Below, in pieces: positions 26,201 to 41,200 of a DNA stretch of 64,000 bases; within the stretch, counting starts at the first letter, position 1; each line of letters begins with the position of its first letter. The stretch comes from Camelus dromedarius (lineage: Eukaryota): positions 58,468,001 through 58,532,000 of the forward strand of contig NC_087437.1 in assembly GCF_036321535.1 (NCBI RefSeq). The letters are read 5' to 3'. Both the position numbers and the translations under genes were made by a program. The notes under the pieces are model-generated. The model saw only the letters and a list, made by a program, of their open reading frames with translations, made no database searches and was not told the origin of the DNA.

Positions 26201-29200
26201 CAGCATAGTAGCCAGAATCCTGACATACGTGTCAACAGGCTCTCAGGAAACAGAATTCCATTCCCAATTCTGCTACATCCTGGACCCAAGTTTCCTCTTC
26301 TTTAAAATGGGAGATCCAATCTCAAAGCTCACTTGTAGCTCTCTGACTTGAGTGACCTGGGTTGATTAAATTACGACAAATATCCAGAACTATAATAGCC
26401 AAAGTTTTAAGGGTCACATTAATGTGGACAGGGATCCCGTAGTCAATGACTTTGGAAGAGCCACTTCCACCTTTGAGCTTCAAACTGTTCACAAAGTGAC
26501 AGGGTTGGGACACATCAGTGATTTTAGCAGGGGCAATACTGCCTCTAGAGGACATTTTAGAAACAATGTTAGACATCTATGCAAGATTTTCAGAAATGAC
26601 CAGTGCCCAATGAAGAGTTACCCTAGCTCCTATATGCCTTTTAAATATTTTCCAGGACATTCATGGACACTAACAAATCATTTATACTTTCCTGAGCCAG
26701 TACAGGCTTACACTGTTTATTTTACACTATGATTTTACTATACAGTATACTGTATTATTATAGTGTGTGTGTGTATATATATATACATATATATATATAT
26801 AGTAGTATTATATTAAGCATAAATAAAACTGTTTATACTTCCTCTTGATCAGTTTTACATATAAACACAAAGTATTTTTGCCCATTTTTAATATTCTATT
26901 GAGTTTTCCAAGAATGTAACTACCATGTAAATTGAGAGCAAGTTATATTGCTTTATTCAGTATTACCAACAGTTTTTAGCCACTTCACAGAGTCACCTCA
27001 CTGACAGTAAGATGGCTGATGGTATTTGAGACTCAGATGTATAACATACCTGTATCAGTCTGCATTCCTAGCAGCCCCAATAATTCTACACGCAGGTGCA
27101 ACCAACGTACTGCTTCACTTTGTTTTAGTGGAGTCAGCTGAGTATTTATTGAACTATCTATTACTTTTTGTAATGCATTGTAGTTTTTGCTTCAATTTTC
27201 ACCATATAGGAGGGCATTATATTTCTTTTTCACAGAGAATATGTACAGATCATGTTACATATGAATTTTAGTGTATTAAAGGAAGTGGTACAAAACACAG
27301 TTACAATAAGAGAATGTTGAATCTGACAGTGTTGAACACAAATATAGTAGATCTCCCAAATTTAAATTCCTAAATAACAAAATAAGTCGCAGTGTGATAA
27401 ATAGTGGCTGACATACATAGAGTATTGGACATGACACTGAAAATGAAATAAACACCATGGCCTGAAAACCGTGGAAAATAAAACAACAATAAATTTCAAC
27501 TAATAAATTAATCCAGTCCCTTTTAGCTTTTGAGCATTCCTATTTTAATCTATACATATTGAAACTATCTTTAGAACGGCTGCTCCGAAGCTTTTCTTGT
27601 TTCTCTACAAATTTATCTAGATTATGTGTTGAGTCCAAGCTATATTTATTTGTTTCATTTAGTTTTGTATTTCTCAAGATTTTTTTTCCAGATAAGCATT
27701 ATGTTTTCTGATTTTCAACTAATTCACCAACTATAATAAAAAATCAAGATAATAAAATACCAATATAGCAAAAAATTAAATAAAATATCCCAAATAATTA
27801 AAAGTCAAATATTTACATTTGGTTCAAAAGAAAGACACAACCACAATTTCAAGCTCTCTGAAACATGGGTTATATTCCTATATGTTTTCACAAAGCTATA
27901 CAATCACATCATGTTTTACAATGTACACAGCTATTTATCATCAATTCTCCCAGTCAGTGTTCACATCAGCTTTGTGATTTAGGCAAAGCAGGGGTACTAT
28001 ATCCCCATTTACTAAGTTCAGAAACATTTCACGCACTCAAATTCCACAGGCTATGTTACTAAGTCTACTGCCCAGTCTGGTACATCTTCCCATGAAACCA
28101 TTCTGCTTCATCAAAATTCTCCCCATCCCATTTACCTCATCAAGGCAGTGGTATGGTGGTCCATTTCCAGCTTTTTGTAGGCGAGTCCTATGACCCGGAA
28201 GCCCTGTGTCGTGTAAATCTGAAGTTCACTAACAAAACTAGTTGGTACTGTTCAGAAAATAACACAAGATTAATATGCAATATGAGCTCAGCTGGCACTG
28301 GTGGTGAAATTCTTTATAAACAGATCCAACTCTTGCCCAAGAATACACACCTCTAGGAAGGTACACAAACAAGTCAGTGGGAACCCTCAGTAGAACTATA
28401 TTGTCACAGTTGACCTCTTGGGAGCCAGTGAAGTGGAAACAAAAAGGAAGCATTCAAAAAATAAAAATAAAAAAAGTGTATAATCCAAAGAGTTTTACCA
28501 ACAAACATTGATTTAGAGTCTACCATGTGTCAGGAATTAGCTATGCAGAGATTGAACTGTAGGCTCCGCTCAGAGCATCTCTGTCTAGTAGGGTGACAGC
28601 CAGTAGACTAACAACACAATGGAATGAGATGACTGCTATGATTCAGGCAATTTGCAGCATGCTATAGAAGCCCTTGGTGCATCTACCAGACTGGGAGGAG
28701 GTGGTTAGGTGGAGAAGGGAAAGGGCATTCTGGCTGAGGGAGCATCCCGTGCTCAGGCACGGGGACATGAAACAGCAAGCCTTGAGTAGTTAGTTCAGCT
28801 CACAGGGAACACAGGAGTGGTAGATAGGAGTGGTAAAGAAAATTTGGAAAGTTTAATAGGATTCATATCATGAGTGCCTTATGTATAATACTAAAGGAGT
28901 TTGAGATTACCTGGAGCCTATGGGAAACAACCAGAAAATGAAAGCAGGAAAGTGACAATAGAGTTATACTATGTGATGGGAAAACCAATCTGGTCACAGT
29001 ATGAAGGGTGAATCAGAATAGGGGACACTGTGGGCAGACAGCCAATTCACCAACTATTGAAGGGATCCAGTGGAGGGATGAGATGGGGTCCTGAGCTGAT
29101 GGAGTCACAGGGCCATGGATGAGCAATTGACAAGACAGGGATGGGGAGGAATCTGGGAAGAATCCTATATTGGGGTTGGGGAGTGGTACTATCATTCACT

Positions 29201-32200
29201 TAGATGGGAAATATAGAAAGTGAGAAAGATAAGCTTGATTTTGCTGTTGAGTTTGGGATGTCAATGAGTCATCCCATTGGTGATGGTCAGTGAGCATTTG
29301 GATTCATCGATCAGGTGCTGAGGGGACATATTTGGGGTGGAAATACAGATTTTTCCAGTTGTAATGTAAGTCTGTTCACTTACTTGTCTCTGGTTGGCAA
29401 AAGCTGGCCACCCTCTCTGGTGCACCTTTCATGAATGCCAGCCGGTCACCCCCCATCTCTTGGACAATGACCGTCATCCTCTGCAGGGCTGATGAGAATG
29501 GGAACTGATGCAGGATTGCAATTCCTTCCACTGGGACCTGGTGGAGGGATGGGGAATGGAGAGGGACACACTACATAGCCTCTAGCTTTGAGGAATTAAT
29601 TACTCCTCCCCCAATCCTTATTTTACAAATAAGGGAAACAAGATCTCACTAATTTTCACATGAGGAAGTCAAAGAAAACATACGTCCAAGCTTTCAAAAT
29701 TGTGGGCCTGTCGGGACTCTCCTTTTGAGTCGGACGTTTTGGGGTAGAGTGCAGGCAGGGCTTACCTGGCTGACTGTCTTGCAGGGCTTAACGACCATGG
29801 CATATGCCGGCAATCCCTTGATGTGGAAATTGTCCCCGGAAATCGCCATTTCCTATTTCAAACAGGATAGGTCACTGTAGAGATTTATTTCTTGTTCCTC
29901 CACTAATACAGTGCTCAACCCCTCCCCTGGAGAAAATCCTCAGACCGGCACAGTGTACTCCCCTCCCTCTGCTACATGGAGGTGAATCAGACTTAGTTCA
30001 CCACACACACACAAATAATGCATCGGAAATGCTGTGGAACTTGAAGGGCAGATACTTCTGAATTATTTGTACAATTTATCCTGCTTTCTCTGCTAGAATG
30101 TGCTGAACAGAGGCTCATTCTCCATTTTTGAAGGGCTTAACTTGAAAACAGTGAGCATGAATAGCCAGACTTACTGTGTGTGAGGCAAGCACCTTACTGT
30201 CTTTCTTCTCCTGATGTTCAAGGCTGCTTCTGCTCTTCCTTCTCTGTCTAATTTGAATTGACGGTCCTCAGGGTACAGTAGGACAGGGACTGTGATGTAC
30301 GTGGTTAATGTTCAGTAAACACGCGGTAATTGCTATAATAACGACCCTAAATTATAGTCAAAGGAACCTTTTACCCAAAGATCCCAAAATGTTTTATAAT
30401 CATCTCATTGACTGGAAAAAAAAAATCTCAGAGAGGAAATTATGATCCCTACTTAAAGATACAGAAAAGGTAACCCAGAAAGGGTGGAGAAAATTCAATC
30501 AGACTGCTGCAGAACCATGCCCTACAACAGTTGGAGGGGACCCGGAAGATGTCTCCTTCGGTGGACTGGATACACATGTATCGCAGGGACCTAGAGCTGC
30601 ACCAGGCTACGGGGCCACAGGAGGTGGGCTTGTAATAAGCAGGTGGGGGTGTGTGTTCCCTAAGCTGTGCTTTTACTCCCCATCTTTTATCTTAGTCAGA
30701 GCAACTCCAATTATTTGTTTGTTAGGGTGTTTTTTTATCTTTTATTTTCTTATTGAAGTACAGTCATTTTACAATGTTATGTCAATTTCTGGTGTAAGGC
30801 ATGTTTCAGCTCATCATATACATACATACATTTGTTTTCATGTTCTTTTTCACTGTAGGTTACACTAAGATATTGAATATGGTTCCCTGGGCTATCCAGG
30901 AGAAACTTGTTGTTTATCTAATTTATATATAGTAGTTAGTATCTGCAAATCTCCATCTCCCAATTTATCCCTTCCCACCTCTTTTCTCCCCTGGTAACCA
31001 TAAGTTTGTTTTCTATGTCTGTGAGTCTGTTTCTGTTTTGTAAATAAGTTCTTTTGTGTCTTTTTTTTTTTTTTTCTGTAGGGTGCTTTTAAATAAGGTT
31101 TCCTTTTAAAAAAAGATTCCAGGTTTTTTGTTTCATTTTGTTTTCTGTGAACAGTGCTAGTCTAATTCAGTCCTCTCATTTTAAGGCCACGGAAGCCAAA
31201 GCCCCGACAGCAGAGATGACATCACCGAGTCAAGGAGTCAGAGCAGAGCCAAGACTAGAACCAGGAGGGCCAGATTCCTTATCATGAACGAGACCATTTA
31301 TTCTGAAATCTACTTCAGAGTCTCAACAAAAGCTCTCATGGTTTTCCTTTTTATTGTTTCTAGTCTTTGAGACAAAAATCAATACTAAAGTAATAGTAAT
31401 AAAACTCCTGGTACCAATGAGTTATCCTAAGCACCGGGGACAGTGCTGTTTCCTAATATTCATGTTCTAGAAAACTTTGAAACCAGACATTGCTCATACT
31501 ACAATTAGAAAGATTTAGAATTAATTATACAATAATTATACTAATACTATCCAGCCTGTAATATGTGCCAAGCTCAGTACCAGGGATTTTTAAAATGCAT
31601 TATTCCCCTTTCCTCACAGGAACCCAAATATGGAAGTACTTGTACTGAGGAGAAAACCAGGCTTAGGTGAGTTCTCCTCTCACTGCCACTTGCACTCCAT
31701 ATTGGAGACCTCACCTTTTTATAAGTACTGGATAGCTATGATACAACCCATGTTGGTCTGGCATTGAAGAAACTACTTAGATTCTCTGCAGAGCACAGGC
31801 TTACCCAGGAGGTGGCTTCAAACATCTTGAGGTCCAGTGGGTCTCCCTGGATGGTCCCGTCCAGGAGGATCAGGGAGTGGCAGCTGGCCATGGCTGCACA
31901 CAGAGGGCCCCACGGCAAAGCCCTGCCCGAGGCAAAGCTGTGGACTTCCTGGAAGCTAAAGGAGCAGAGGGAAAGGGCTTTAGTCCCACCCCTCCAGGCC
32001 AAAATGGAGCTTCTGGAGGGGACTATCTTTTTAAAAAGTAAGTTAATGTGCTTTGCTGCATTGCAACCCCACTGTTTAATCCCCCGCAGTGAATGATAGT
32101 GCTTCCTGCAGCCATCATCCTCACGTAAGTTCAATGAGTATGAGAAATATCCTGAGGTTCTTTCAAGCTCTTTCTTCCCTCTTCTCCTTACTTTCTCTCT

Positions 32201-35200
32201 GGCACCAATTTAAATCCAGGGATATAGAAAGAGCTAGAAGTATCACCCTCAGTTCTAAGGGCATCCACTCCCACCCGCACTTCCGGACCACTTCACTCCC
32301 TGTGCTGTGAGACAGAACAGGCGAGCTCATACTACAGCTACTGGCGTGTCTGTGTATCTCCCTCAGTGCATCCTTCAGGGCAAGGCCGTCTCCTCCATAT
32401 CCCTCTCTCCAACATATCCGATGTTTGGTCCACAGTAAACAATCAACAACTATGTGACTGAATAAATGAATGAGTGGTTATTGTAAGTCAGAAAGATCCT
32501 AATGGCAAAGAAATGAAATTTTTAAAAAACATTTTTGAAAAGGCACCGCATTCCCCTCTTCCACCCCAGCATCTGGTGTCTGTATTGCAGCCATCATCAC
32601 CACCGCTTCCTACAGAGTGACCTCATCTAAAACCTGCTGAGACACAACTCAGATGTCATATACAGGGTTCTTTCACTAATTCAGAGTTGAAGTCATCCAG
32701 TTTGGCCTGAGCCTACTAAAGGATGCCCTCTGCACCTTATTGCTCAGTACCTTCTTTAAGATGTAGCGCAGTAAGTGGTTCACCGAACAGTCCATCCTGT
32801 TTGGGGGACCCTCAGTGGCAGAAGGTGCTTCCTGGATTGGGGCAGAGTCTGCTTCTTGGAGCCAGTCAGAATCTACTTGTGCCTCATCCTCCACATGTCA
32901 ACTCCTTTCAGATTCGTGGACCAGCCTGACCAACTTCCCCTTTTATACTCCCTTCCTCTGAGTTTACACAGGAACCTCTAGCTACGCCTCCAACATGCAG
33001 ATTCTGGACTTCTGATCTTCCTAGATATTCTTTCTTGGAAAAGTTTTTATTTTTTACTTTTTGTCCTAGTTTTTCTTAAAACATGGTCCCCAGGGTCAGA
33101 CTATCATATCTCATGACATGGATATAATCATTTCCTTAGGTTACTCTGGCCCTTCGTTCCTGAAACAAACACATCAGAGTGTTAACCTAGGCATACTTCT
33201 TGCTGCCTTCCTCACTCAAGCTTCCTTAAGAGTTCAAAAACCTCTTGACTGATTTCTGACCCTGTTGATCGTACCTATAATTATATATTGAAAGGTCAAG
33301 TTATCTCAGTGGTTTACGATGAGTACCTGGCATTTTCATAAACATCTAAAAGGAAGCAATCACCGTCAGTGATTAACACAGATCCTCAGGCTCACTCTGT
33401 GAAGCAAACACAGATCAGAAAAAAAGAATCTTATTTTTAAGATGGCCCACAAACTGTCTTCAGTATGTAATTCTGACTACATAGTTCTGAGTTCCTGCGG
33501 ACTGGGCGAAACTCCGGTTTCCACAACAAACAGAACTCTCTGACAGCCCTGTCTTTGTACTTTTATTTGAATGTTTGTGACTTATCAAGACCAAGTCGCT
33601 CAGGTAGCCTTCCAATGGGTCTTAAAGTACCTGGTACATTGGGCAGACCCTCTTTGGAAAAGATGAAAATTATCAGAGATGAGCCCATCTTTTACCAGAA
33701 GAAATTAATAGCCTCTAAGTCAGGTACTGACTTCTTATATAGAATTGAATCTGTTTTCTCTAATTCTATTAATTCAATTTGTCAATTAAAAAATATTTTT
33801 AATTGAACTTTTAGTCATTTGAAGCCAACTTCATTTTTGAAGGAAGGAGGGGAGAGAGAGAGGGAAAGACAGTGAAGGCTGAATTAGTCTATCAATAATC
33901 GAAACATAATATCAATTGTTTTTATTTAAATTTGACAAGTCACTTTTAGAAATAGAAAGTTTTAAAAGTTTTGTGGATAATATGATGTCAATTCTACTGT
34001 CATTCAGTAGATGAATATTTGCAAGATGGAACACATTTTGCTCGTTTTAGATAAACAAACACTTATTGTGCGTCTACTGTGTGTGTTTGTTATAGTGCTA
34101 TGACATGAGAGATGCAAATATAAATAAGAAAAAACTGCTCTCAAGCTGCTCACAAATTTGAATAAATGCATACTTTTTTTGTAGAAGCTGGAACAGAAGA
34201 AAAAATGAACAAGGAGACCAGGTATATATCCAAATCTATCTTCGAGAGAAAATGAAAAGCACTTTAGAAAGTTTAACACTTGCAACAGGCTTCTTCTGTA
34301 GATGAAAATGGTTAGAAGCACCAGGATTAATTTTTTTTAATCCAGGAAGTAGACTTGTTTAGAAATAGCATTTTAATATGAAAACGTATTAAACGTATAT
34401 AATTAACACATTTCATGGATAAATTGTATGTCAGCAGCATAACGCAGGAAAGGTACCTTTTACGTAGAAGAGGCTTTGTGATTTTGGTTGCGAGTGTGAG
34501 AAGGAAATGCATTCATTAAAAGAACAAAACCTGAAATGAACTGTACTTAATTAAAAAGCAAAACAGAACCTGAATGTCAAATGCTTCGTGTTCTGATCAG
34601 GCAGGAAGTTGTAGTGGGGAGAAAAAGCAGGCTGAAAAGTAAACTCAGACAAGAGGGCCCCGGGAGAGGTTACATGCAACAGTTTACCACCCTGGCTGAA
34701 AGCTGCCCAAACTGAGTCTTTTCTGGATGGAAAAGAGGAGTTTCTGGCAGCCAGAAGGTGGAGCTCCCAGAACTAGAATATGAAGGAAAATGAAGTGTAC
34801 CAGGTGTGGTTCCCAGGTGTTTCTCTTCCTGAAATTCAGTGTCTCTAAGTCAGGGCAGTGTTCTCCCTCCTAGCACATGCGAAGGCTTCCGTTTGTGCGA
34901 GCACGTTACCTTCTTGAAGGACAGTGTCCTCTTATTGTCCAAAGGACGCACTCTGGCCCCTGACTAACATGCTGAAAGCAAATCACATTACAGTGAGGAT
35001 TTGAATGCAGTGTTGAAACTTGCCCTTCATCTCCTGGGTTTTGTGAGTGTCCTGGGGCTGGGGTGCGGGAAATACGCATGTTTTAGTGAGCTTTGGAAGT
35101 AATCAAGAAGAGAAATTAAAGGAAGCTACTCTAGCAACAATTGCTCACCAAAGCCAATGCTAAAATCTCCCCATCACTAACATTCTGTGGGGAAAAAAAT

Positions 35201-38200
35201 GTAGAGTTCTGGGAAAAAAGAAACTATAGTGCATTCAGTCCCAAATACTCACCCATTCCCATCACAGGGCACGACTCCCCAGAGATCCAAGCCATCCCTT
35301 GTCAAGGTGCCTGTCTAAACAGAAACAAGCACTCGGTTTACTCTGAAGATCCAGTAGCCCCCTAGTGACAATGATAAATTATATTTTAACAGGAAAATAA
35401 ATGTCACAATCAGATTATCAACACCAGCACTTTAAGAAAGGACAGTAAGGTGGGTATCAGGAGTCCTGGGTGGAAGCTTTGAGGAACTCATACCAGTTGT
35501 ATGACAAGCTGGCACTTAATCTCTTTGAACGTTAGCCTTCTCAGCGATAAAGGAAGAAAAGGGTACCTGCTTTCCATATTTCAGAGGCTTGTTTCGAGGA
35601 TTTAATGGAAGACTGAATGGATGGGAGAGTCCTTCGTAAGCCTGCTAGAAGCTATAAAAGGGGTGAGCTTTAAAAGCGTTTCTAGCACAAGTTAAAAGTG
35701 TATCTTCAGAAATAAGTGATGGGAGTAGAATTTTTCACTATTCTAAAGAAATAGCTTGCTATTTGACACCTATTTGGTAAAAAGGTGCTTGTTGGCATTT
35801 CTCTCAGTGCGGTGTAATGATGAAAAGCTTAGCGCGGGTTAAAACACCAGCAGTGGGACCAGGTTAAATTATTTAATCCCTCTAATCATCGGAGCCCTTA
35901 TCTATAATATGGTCATAATTATATAGGGGTGTGGGACAATTAAATGAGATAATACAAAGTGCCTAATTGAATATCTGGCATAGAGTAAGAGCTGATAACA
36001 ATGATAATTACTCATAATTATTACTTATTTTTCATTCAAATTCAGGTCACAATTATTTCCCCCACCCCTGTTTCTTTTTCCAAGTCTGAGGATAACATGA
36101 CCCAAGAAACAGAATGTCTTTCCTCATGATGCTAGTTTGATCATAAAATAATACTGAAGTGGTGGCAAAAGCCATGTTAACCTTCTGTTCTTGGTGAGCT
36201 TTCTGATATTCCGGTAATTATAAAACACAACTCTAATCCCATTAACTCTTGACTATCAAAATCCTTCAATGTACTGTTTAACAGACCCAGAGCTTCAGTT
36301 TGGGAAAATGGGAAGTCCTGGAGATGGACGGCGGTGATGGTTGCACAGCTACGTGAATGCACTTAAAGCCACATAAGAATGGTTAAAGCGGTAAATTTTA
36401 TGTTATGCATATTTTACCACAATAAAAAATAAATTAAGAAAAAGGAAGGCAGAAATAAAAAAGAAGAAAAAAACACCTTCAATGACTCCTCACTGCCTAA
36501 AAAGTATGTAAAGATTTCTTAGTCAGACATTGGAGGTCTACAAAACCCCTCTCCCATTACGAATATCCTGCTCTGATCAAAAACACACTCCTGACGCCGT
36601 GCCTTTGCCCATATTCACCTGCCTACAGTGCCCTTGGATTGTATACATTTTTTAATTTCCTGTATATTACGATGTTTGATAGCTTAAGAAGTCCTTCTCT
36701 TTTTTAAATTTATATTTTATTGAGTCAACAGAGGTTGATATTTTATAAGCTACAAAAAACATTATATAAGTTTCACATGTACAACATTATATTTCTACTT
36801 TCATATATCCTACAGCATGCCCACCACCCAAAACTTAACTTAAGAAAGCTTTCTGAGAGGTTCTGAGTCTGGAGAGAGACAGCCTCCTGGGACCTAGTCA
36901 GTTCTTAAGAGACAGCGAGGGACTCAACCATGAGCCTGCCTGTGACATGCTAACCAACCAGTCAGGAGTCACACCTCCTCTAGCAGCCACATTCCCCAGG
37001 AGACAAGATCCCTCTGCCTTAATCATCCCAGGGTCAGGTGCCACACAGCTAGAGACCACTCCTCCAGCCCGAAGCCCGCCGAAATCACTCCAACTAACTG
37101 ATTGCTGGCTGTTTACCTTGCCTTGTCTTGCCTTCCCTGCAGAAATTCCAAGAAAGACCATAGACTAAGCGCTCCCCTCACCCTTGTGTTGTTTCCTGGT
37201 CACAATCCAGCATTCCTCCTGCTGTCCTGCATGGTGAGACACGCCTCTTCTCTGTAGGGGAACTGAGAGTAACACTGAACTTTCCTTTCAATGGCTTTGA
37301 CCTCTGCCTGCAGCCACTTAGTCACCTGTATAAATTAAGACCCAGGCACAAAACAGCCATTCATTCCCATCTTATCCTCACAGCTCCCAATATGTGTTTA
37401 CAGATGAAAAGAATGTACTCAAGAGAAGGTAGAGGAAGAGGCTGGTTGGGAATAATTGGCATGTGATCAAGGATTATTTTAAGCAATACATTTAGCAGAT
37501 GGGAAAATATAGTAAGGGGTTGACTAGGGGTTTATTTTAACCAAGTCTTTTAGTAAGCCACAGTTAAATAGGAACTCTTCCTTTTCTATTCATTCATTAA
37601 TTCAAAACATATTTATTGAGCACTGACTATATGCCATGTAATAGCCTTAGCATTAGAGATACAGCAGTCACCACAGTAAAAAAGTTTAAATTTGCTTCTT
37701 TGTATGAAGGTTTTGACCCTAGAGGGACAGAATGCTATTTTAATTAATTGTGTTTCATAGAATATTAGAGTTGGAAGGACCCTAAAAGATTCAGTACCTA
37801 CTCTCCTTTCCCTAAACCCTAGAATTTGAGAGCTCAAGGATGTATCTGTCCTAGATCACACATCCAACCAGAGATAAAATGAAGTCAGTTGCCCACATCC
37901 CATGTTTCCTGCCTCACAAGCATGTAATGCACCTGTGTGTGACAACAATGATGTTAAAAATGGCAATGAGAAGGAGTATGAAACACACATACCTTGTCAA
38001 AGCAGACAAGGTTTAATTGTCCACATACATTGATCCTCTGGGGGCTAATGCAAAAGATGCCTCTCTTCTTCAGCCTCCGCTGGGCATAGATAATGCCCGT
38101 GGTCAGAGCAGCAGGTAGAGCAGGAGGAACTGCAATGGTGATGACATCCAGGGCTTTCTTCACCACCTCCTCAGGGGGTTCCTGCGAAGATAAAGTCCCT

Positions 38201-41200
38201 CTTCAGCTATTACAGATCAATCAGTCATGAACTCTTTAGTGCATATGACTTTTTCCCTTCTTTTTGTTTATTTCTTTAGATCAAATTCCTAGAAATGACA
38301 TAAGCGGGTCAAAGATGGTTCAGAGGGTATGAATGTGTCTATGGCTCTCAGGACATTTTGCTAAAGTGGAACGAAAAAGCTTGTAACAATTCATACTGCT
38401 ACCAGCAGAGGAGAATGTACCAGTTTGCCATGACCTCACCAACCTTGGGTATGTGGATTTTATTTAAAAGTCCTCATCTAACAGCTACGAAATAATACAT
38501 TGTTGGGATAAATGTATTCTTAGATTGAAAATGAAAAATAGCATAAAGAAAAGTACAAGAGCAGAGGCATGTTGGTAACTCAATAAACAAAGTGTTTTAT
38601 CCCACTAGATCTGATGGTTGCCAGGGAACTTGGTGATCAACTGCTTATATTGGGGACCTGGGGGTACACAAGCAGGTTTCAAGGTTTGGCTTTGTTTTCC
38701 CAGGTTTGAAAACCATGCCTTATATGAAGGTCTACATGCAGAGTATAAAATATAGATGAGTGTACATAGGCAGGCAGAATAAGAACAAAAGCAGCTCACC
38801 CCACTGAGCACAAAGACGCACAAAGTATAGATCATCCCAATGGTGGCTGTCCCTACAAGGCACAGGAGGAATCTGATGGCGTCCCTGTAGAGCTTAAAAT
38901 TCATCGGCTTTGGGTAGAGAATGGATCTCACGAGGTCCCCCTTCGCAGTGTTGAATCCTGAAACAGCAAACACACCCCCCACACTCTCAGGATGACAAAT
39001 CCTACTGCTAGAGTTCTTCTAAACTTCAACATCGCCTTTGTTTTCTCCAGAGATAATTTAAACAGTGCTGAAGCCCAAACTCAGTTAAAGGCTAATTGGC
39101 AAAATAGCTAGAATGGCTATATCTTAGCTCTTTCAGTGCCTGTTCTTCTCTGGCCTTCCCTCCTTCCACTTCCAAGTTCAACGCATCCCAGTCATAGGAA
39201 GAGAGCACCATACGGGGGCAGAGCACAGCTTTTCCAAATACAGCTTCATTATAAGGAAAGGACTTGTAAACACACGTGTGCCCACACGTGCACATGCATG
39301 CACACACATACACACACACACATGACACTTGAATTTAAATTAAATGGCCCAGTGAATACATATGGATTCAATTTCTAATACTTTTCATCATCGAGTTTTC
39401 AGTTTTCAGTCCTGCCTAGAAAGAACTTGGGTTAGCTTTTTGGGTTAGAAGTTTGAAGTTCTAGGTCCAGCTCTGTCAAAGACTGGCTATGTGATTTTTT
39501 TTAAAACTTCACTTGAATAGTGTGGGTCCCAGTCTATTTGTGTACAAAGTGGAGACAGGCGTCTTTATTCTACTAATTTGATATGTGGAAATAGTGTATA
39601 AACTGCAAAGCACATCGTCATTGCTGTCATCAGGGTTATTATTTTTACTAAAAGGCATAAGCCATAGTTCAATTCCCATTTAAAATATCTATATTTACAT
39701 TTATTAAGTTTGTTCTGTAAAGACTGCTCCTTACCTAATTAATTTAAGGCACTAGACAAACTGAGCAAAAATATTTCATTTAAATAATAAAACAAAGGAG
39801 ATGCTAACTAACCCGTCTGCAGTACCACCGCTTTCACGGTCCCAGAGCAAGCCACCTTGGCCTGAATAACCTCTGTTCCGCAGAAGAGGACATGCCGTTT
39901 GTAATCCGCTTCACTCTGTGTTTTCCAGGGCACAGAGCCATCCATCTTAGGTAACGGAGTTTTAGTGACCGGAATACTTTCTCCTACAGAAAACAAGCAA
40001 CACATTTTGTGAGATGGGATGCCTTCACTCACTTAAATCATGCGAACACTAAGTCATCATTCGGCGGACATTTTTTGTGAGCCTGCCAGGTGGCGGGAAC
40101 AACCCTGGGTACTGGGGATACAAGGAGAAACACAACTTGTTTTTAAGAAGTCTGTAGTCCAGAGGGAGAGATGGACATGGAAAACAAATAAGTATACTGT
40201 CATATTATAAATACTATGTGTATTGTAAAATCAAATGTGGATGCTGAAACAGGCTGGGAAAAACCTACATTTAGGGAGTAGCAATGTGCAGTCTAGAATG
40301 TGGGGTCTGGGGAATAAGAGGCCATGAGAACTATGTAGGAGCCCAAGCGTGGAGGGCCCTGTGTGCACATACTTAAGCGCTGACATGTTTTTCTCTCGGC
40401 ACCGATGGTAGGAGGGAAACAGGGAGCTATTTAACTGTATGACTCAGGAGAGTGCCATCATATCTATGTACAAGAGGGTGTACTCTGTCTGCAGTCCAGG
40501 GAATGAATTGAAGTCTGATGAGGTTGGAGGCTGGACATCCAGTTGAGAAATGATCACAGGAGTCCCAGTTGAAGAGGATGAGTTCTGAACTGTGGCAGCT
40601 GGCAGCAGGAGTAGAAAATACTCCTGGTTTTGAGAAATAAGGAAATGAGTAGCTACAAAACGGGGATATTTTTATATTGGCAGATCATGGGTCCAGAGGA
40701 ATTTTAAATGGCTCCCTGGTCTCTGACTTGGGAGAATGAGCAGAAGATGGCATTAATCTTCAACACAGGGATTATAGGAGGAAGGAAGAATTGCCTTTTG
40801 GTCGCCATGAGCTGGAGATGCCTTGCGGAATGATTATGTTGAGATGCTTTGTAGGCAGTTAGATATTTATTTGGGTCTGTAGCTCAGGGGAGAGGCCTTG
40901 ACCAGAAATATTTAGTTACAGTTCATCACCTTAGAGATGATAATTAAAGCCAAAGGGAAGAGACAGGATTACTTAGGCATCAAGTGAAGGGTGAGAAAGG
41001 AAAGGTCCAGGACCTCTGAACAGCAACGAAAATCAAAAAGATGGAGGAAGAGGAGCAGTGCAGAAAGCTGAACAGTATTGTCAGTGGTTGAAGAATTTGG
41101 AGAGACAGCACTGTCTTGGAAAGTTAGAGAGAAGAGCATTTTCAGAAGGAAGAGATGGTCAGAATGGTCAAATGCAGCAGATAGGCCAATAGGATGAGAA

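Noticed and set aside
37993..38181. Assignment to paralogue ATP13A5, ATP13A3 or ATP13A2
   Set aside because: The core motifs are shared, but the variable segments match my recollection of ATP13A4 throughout.
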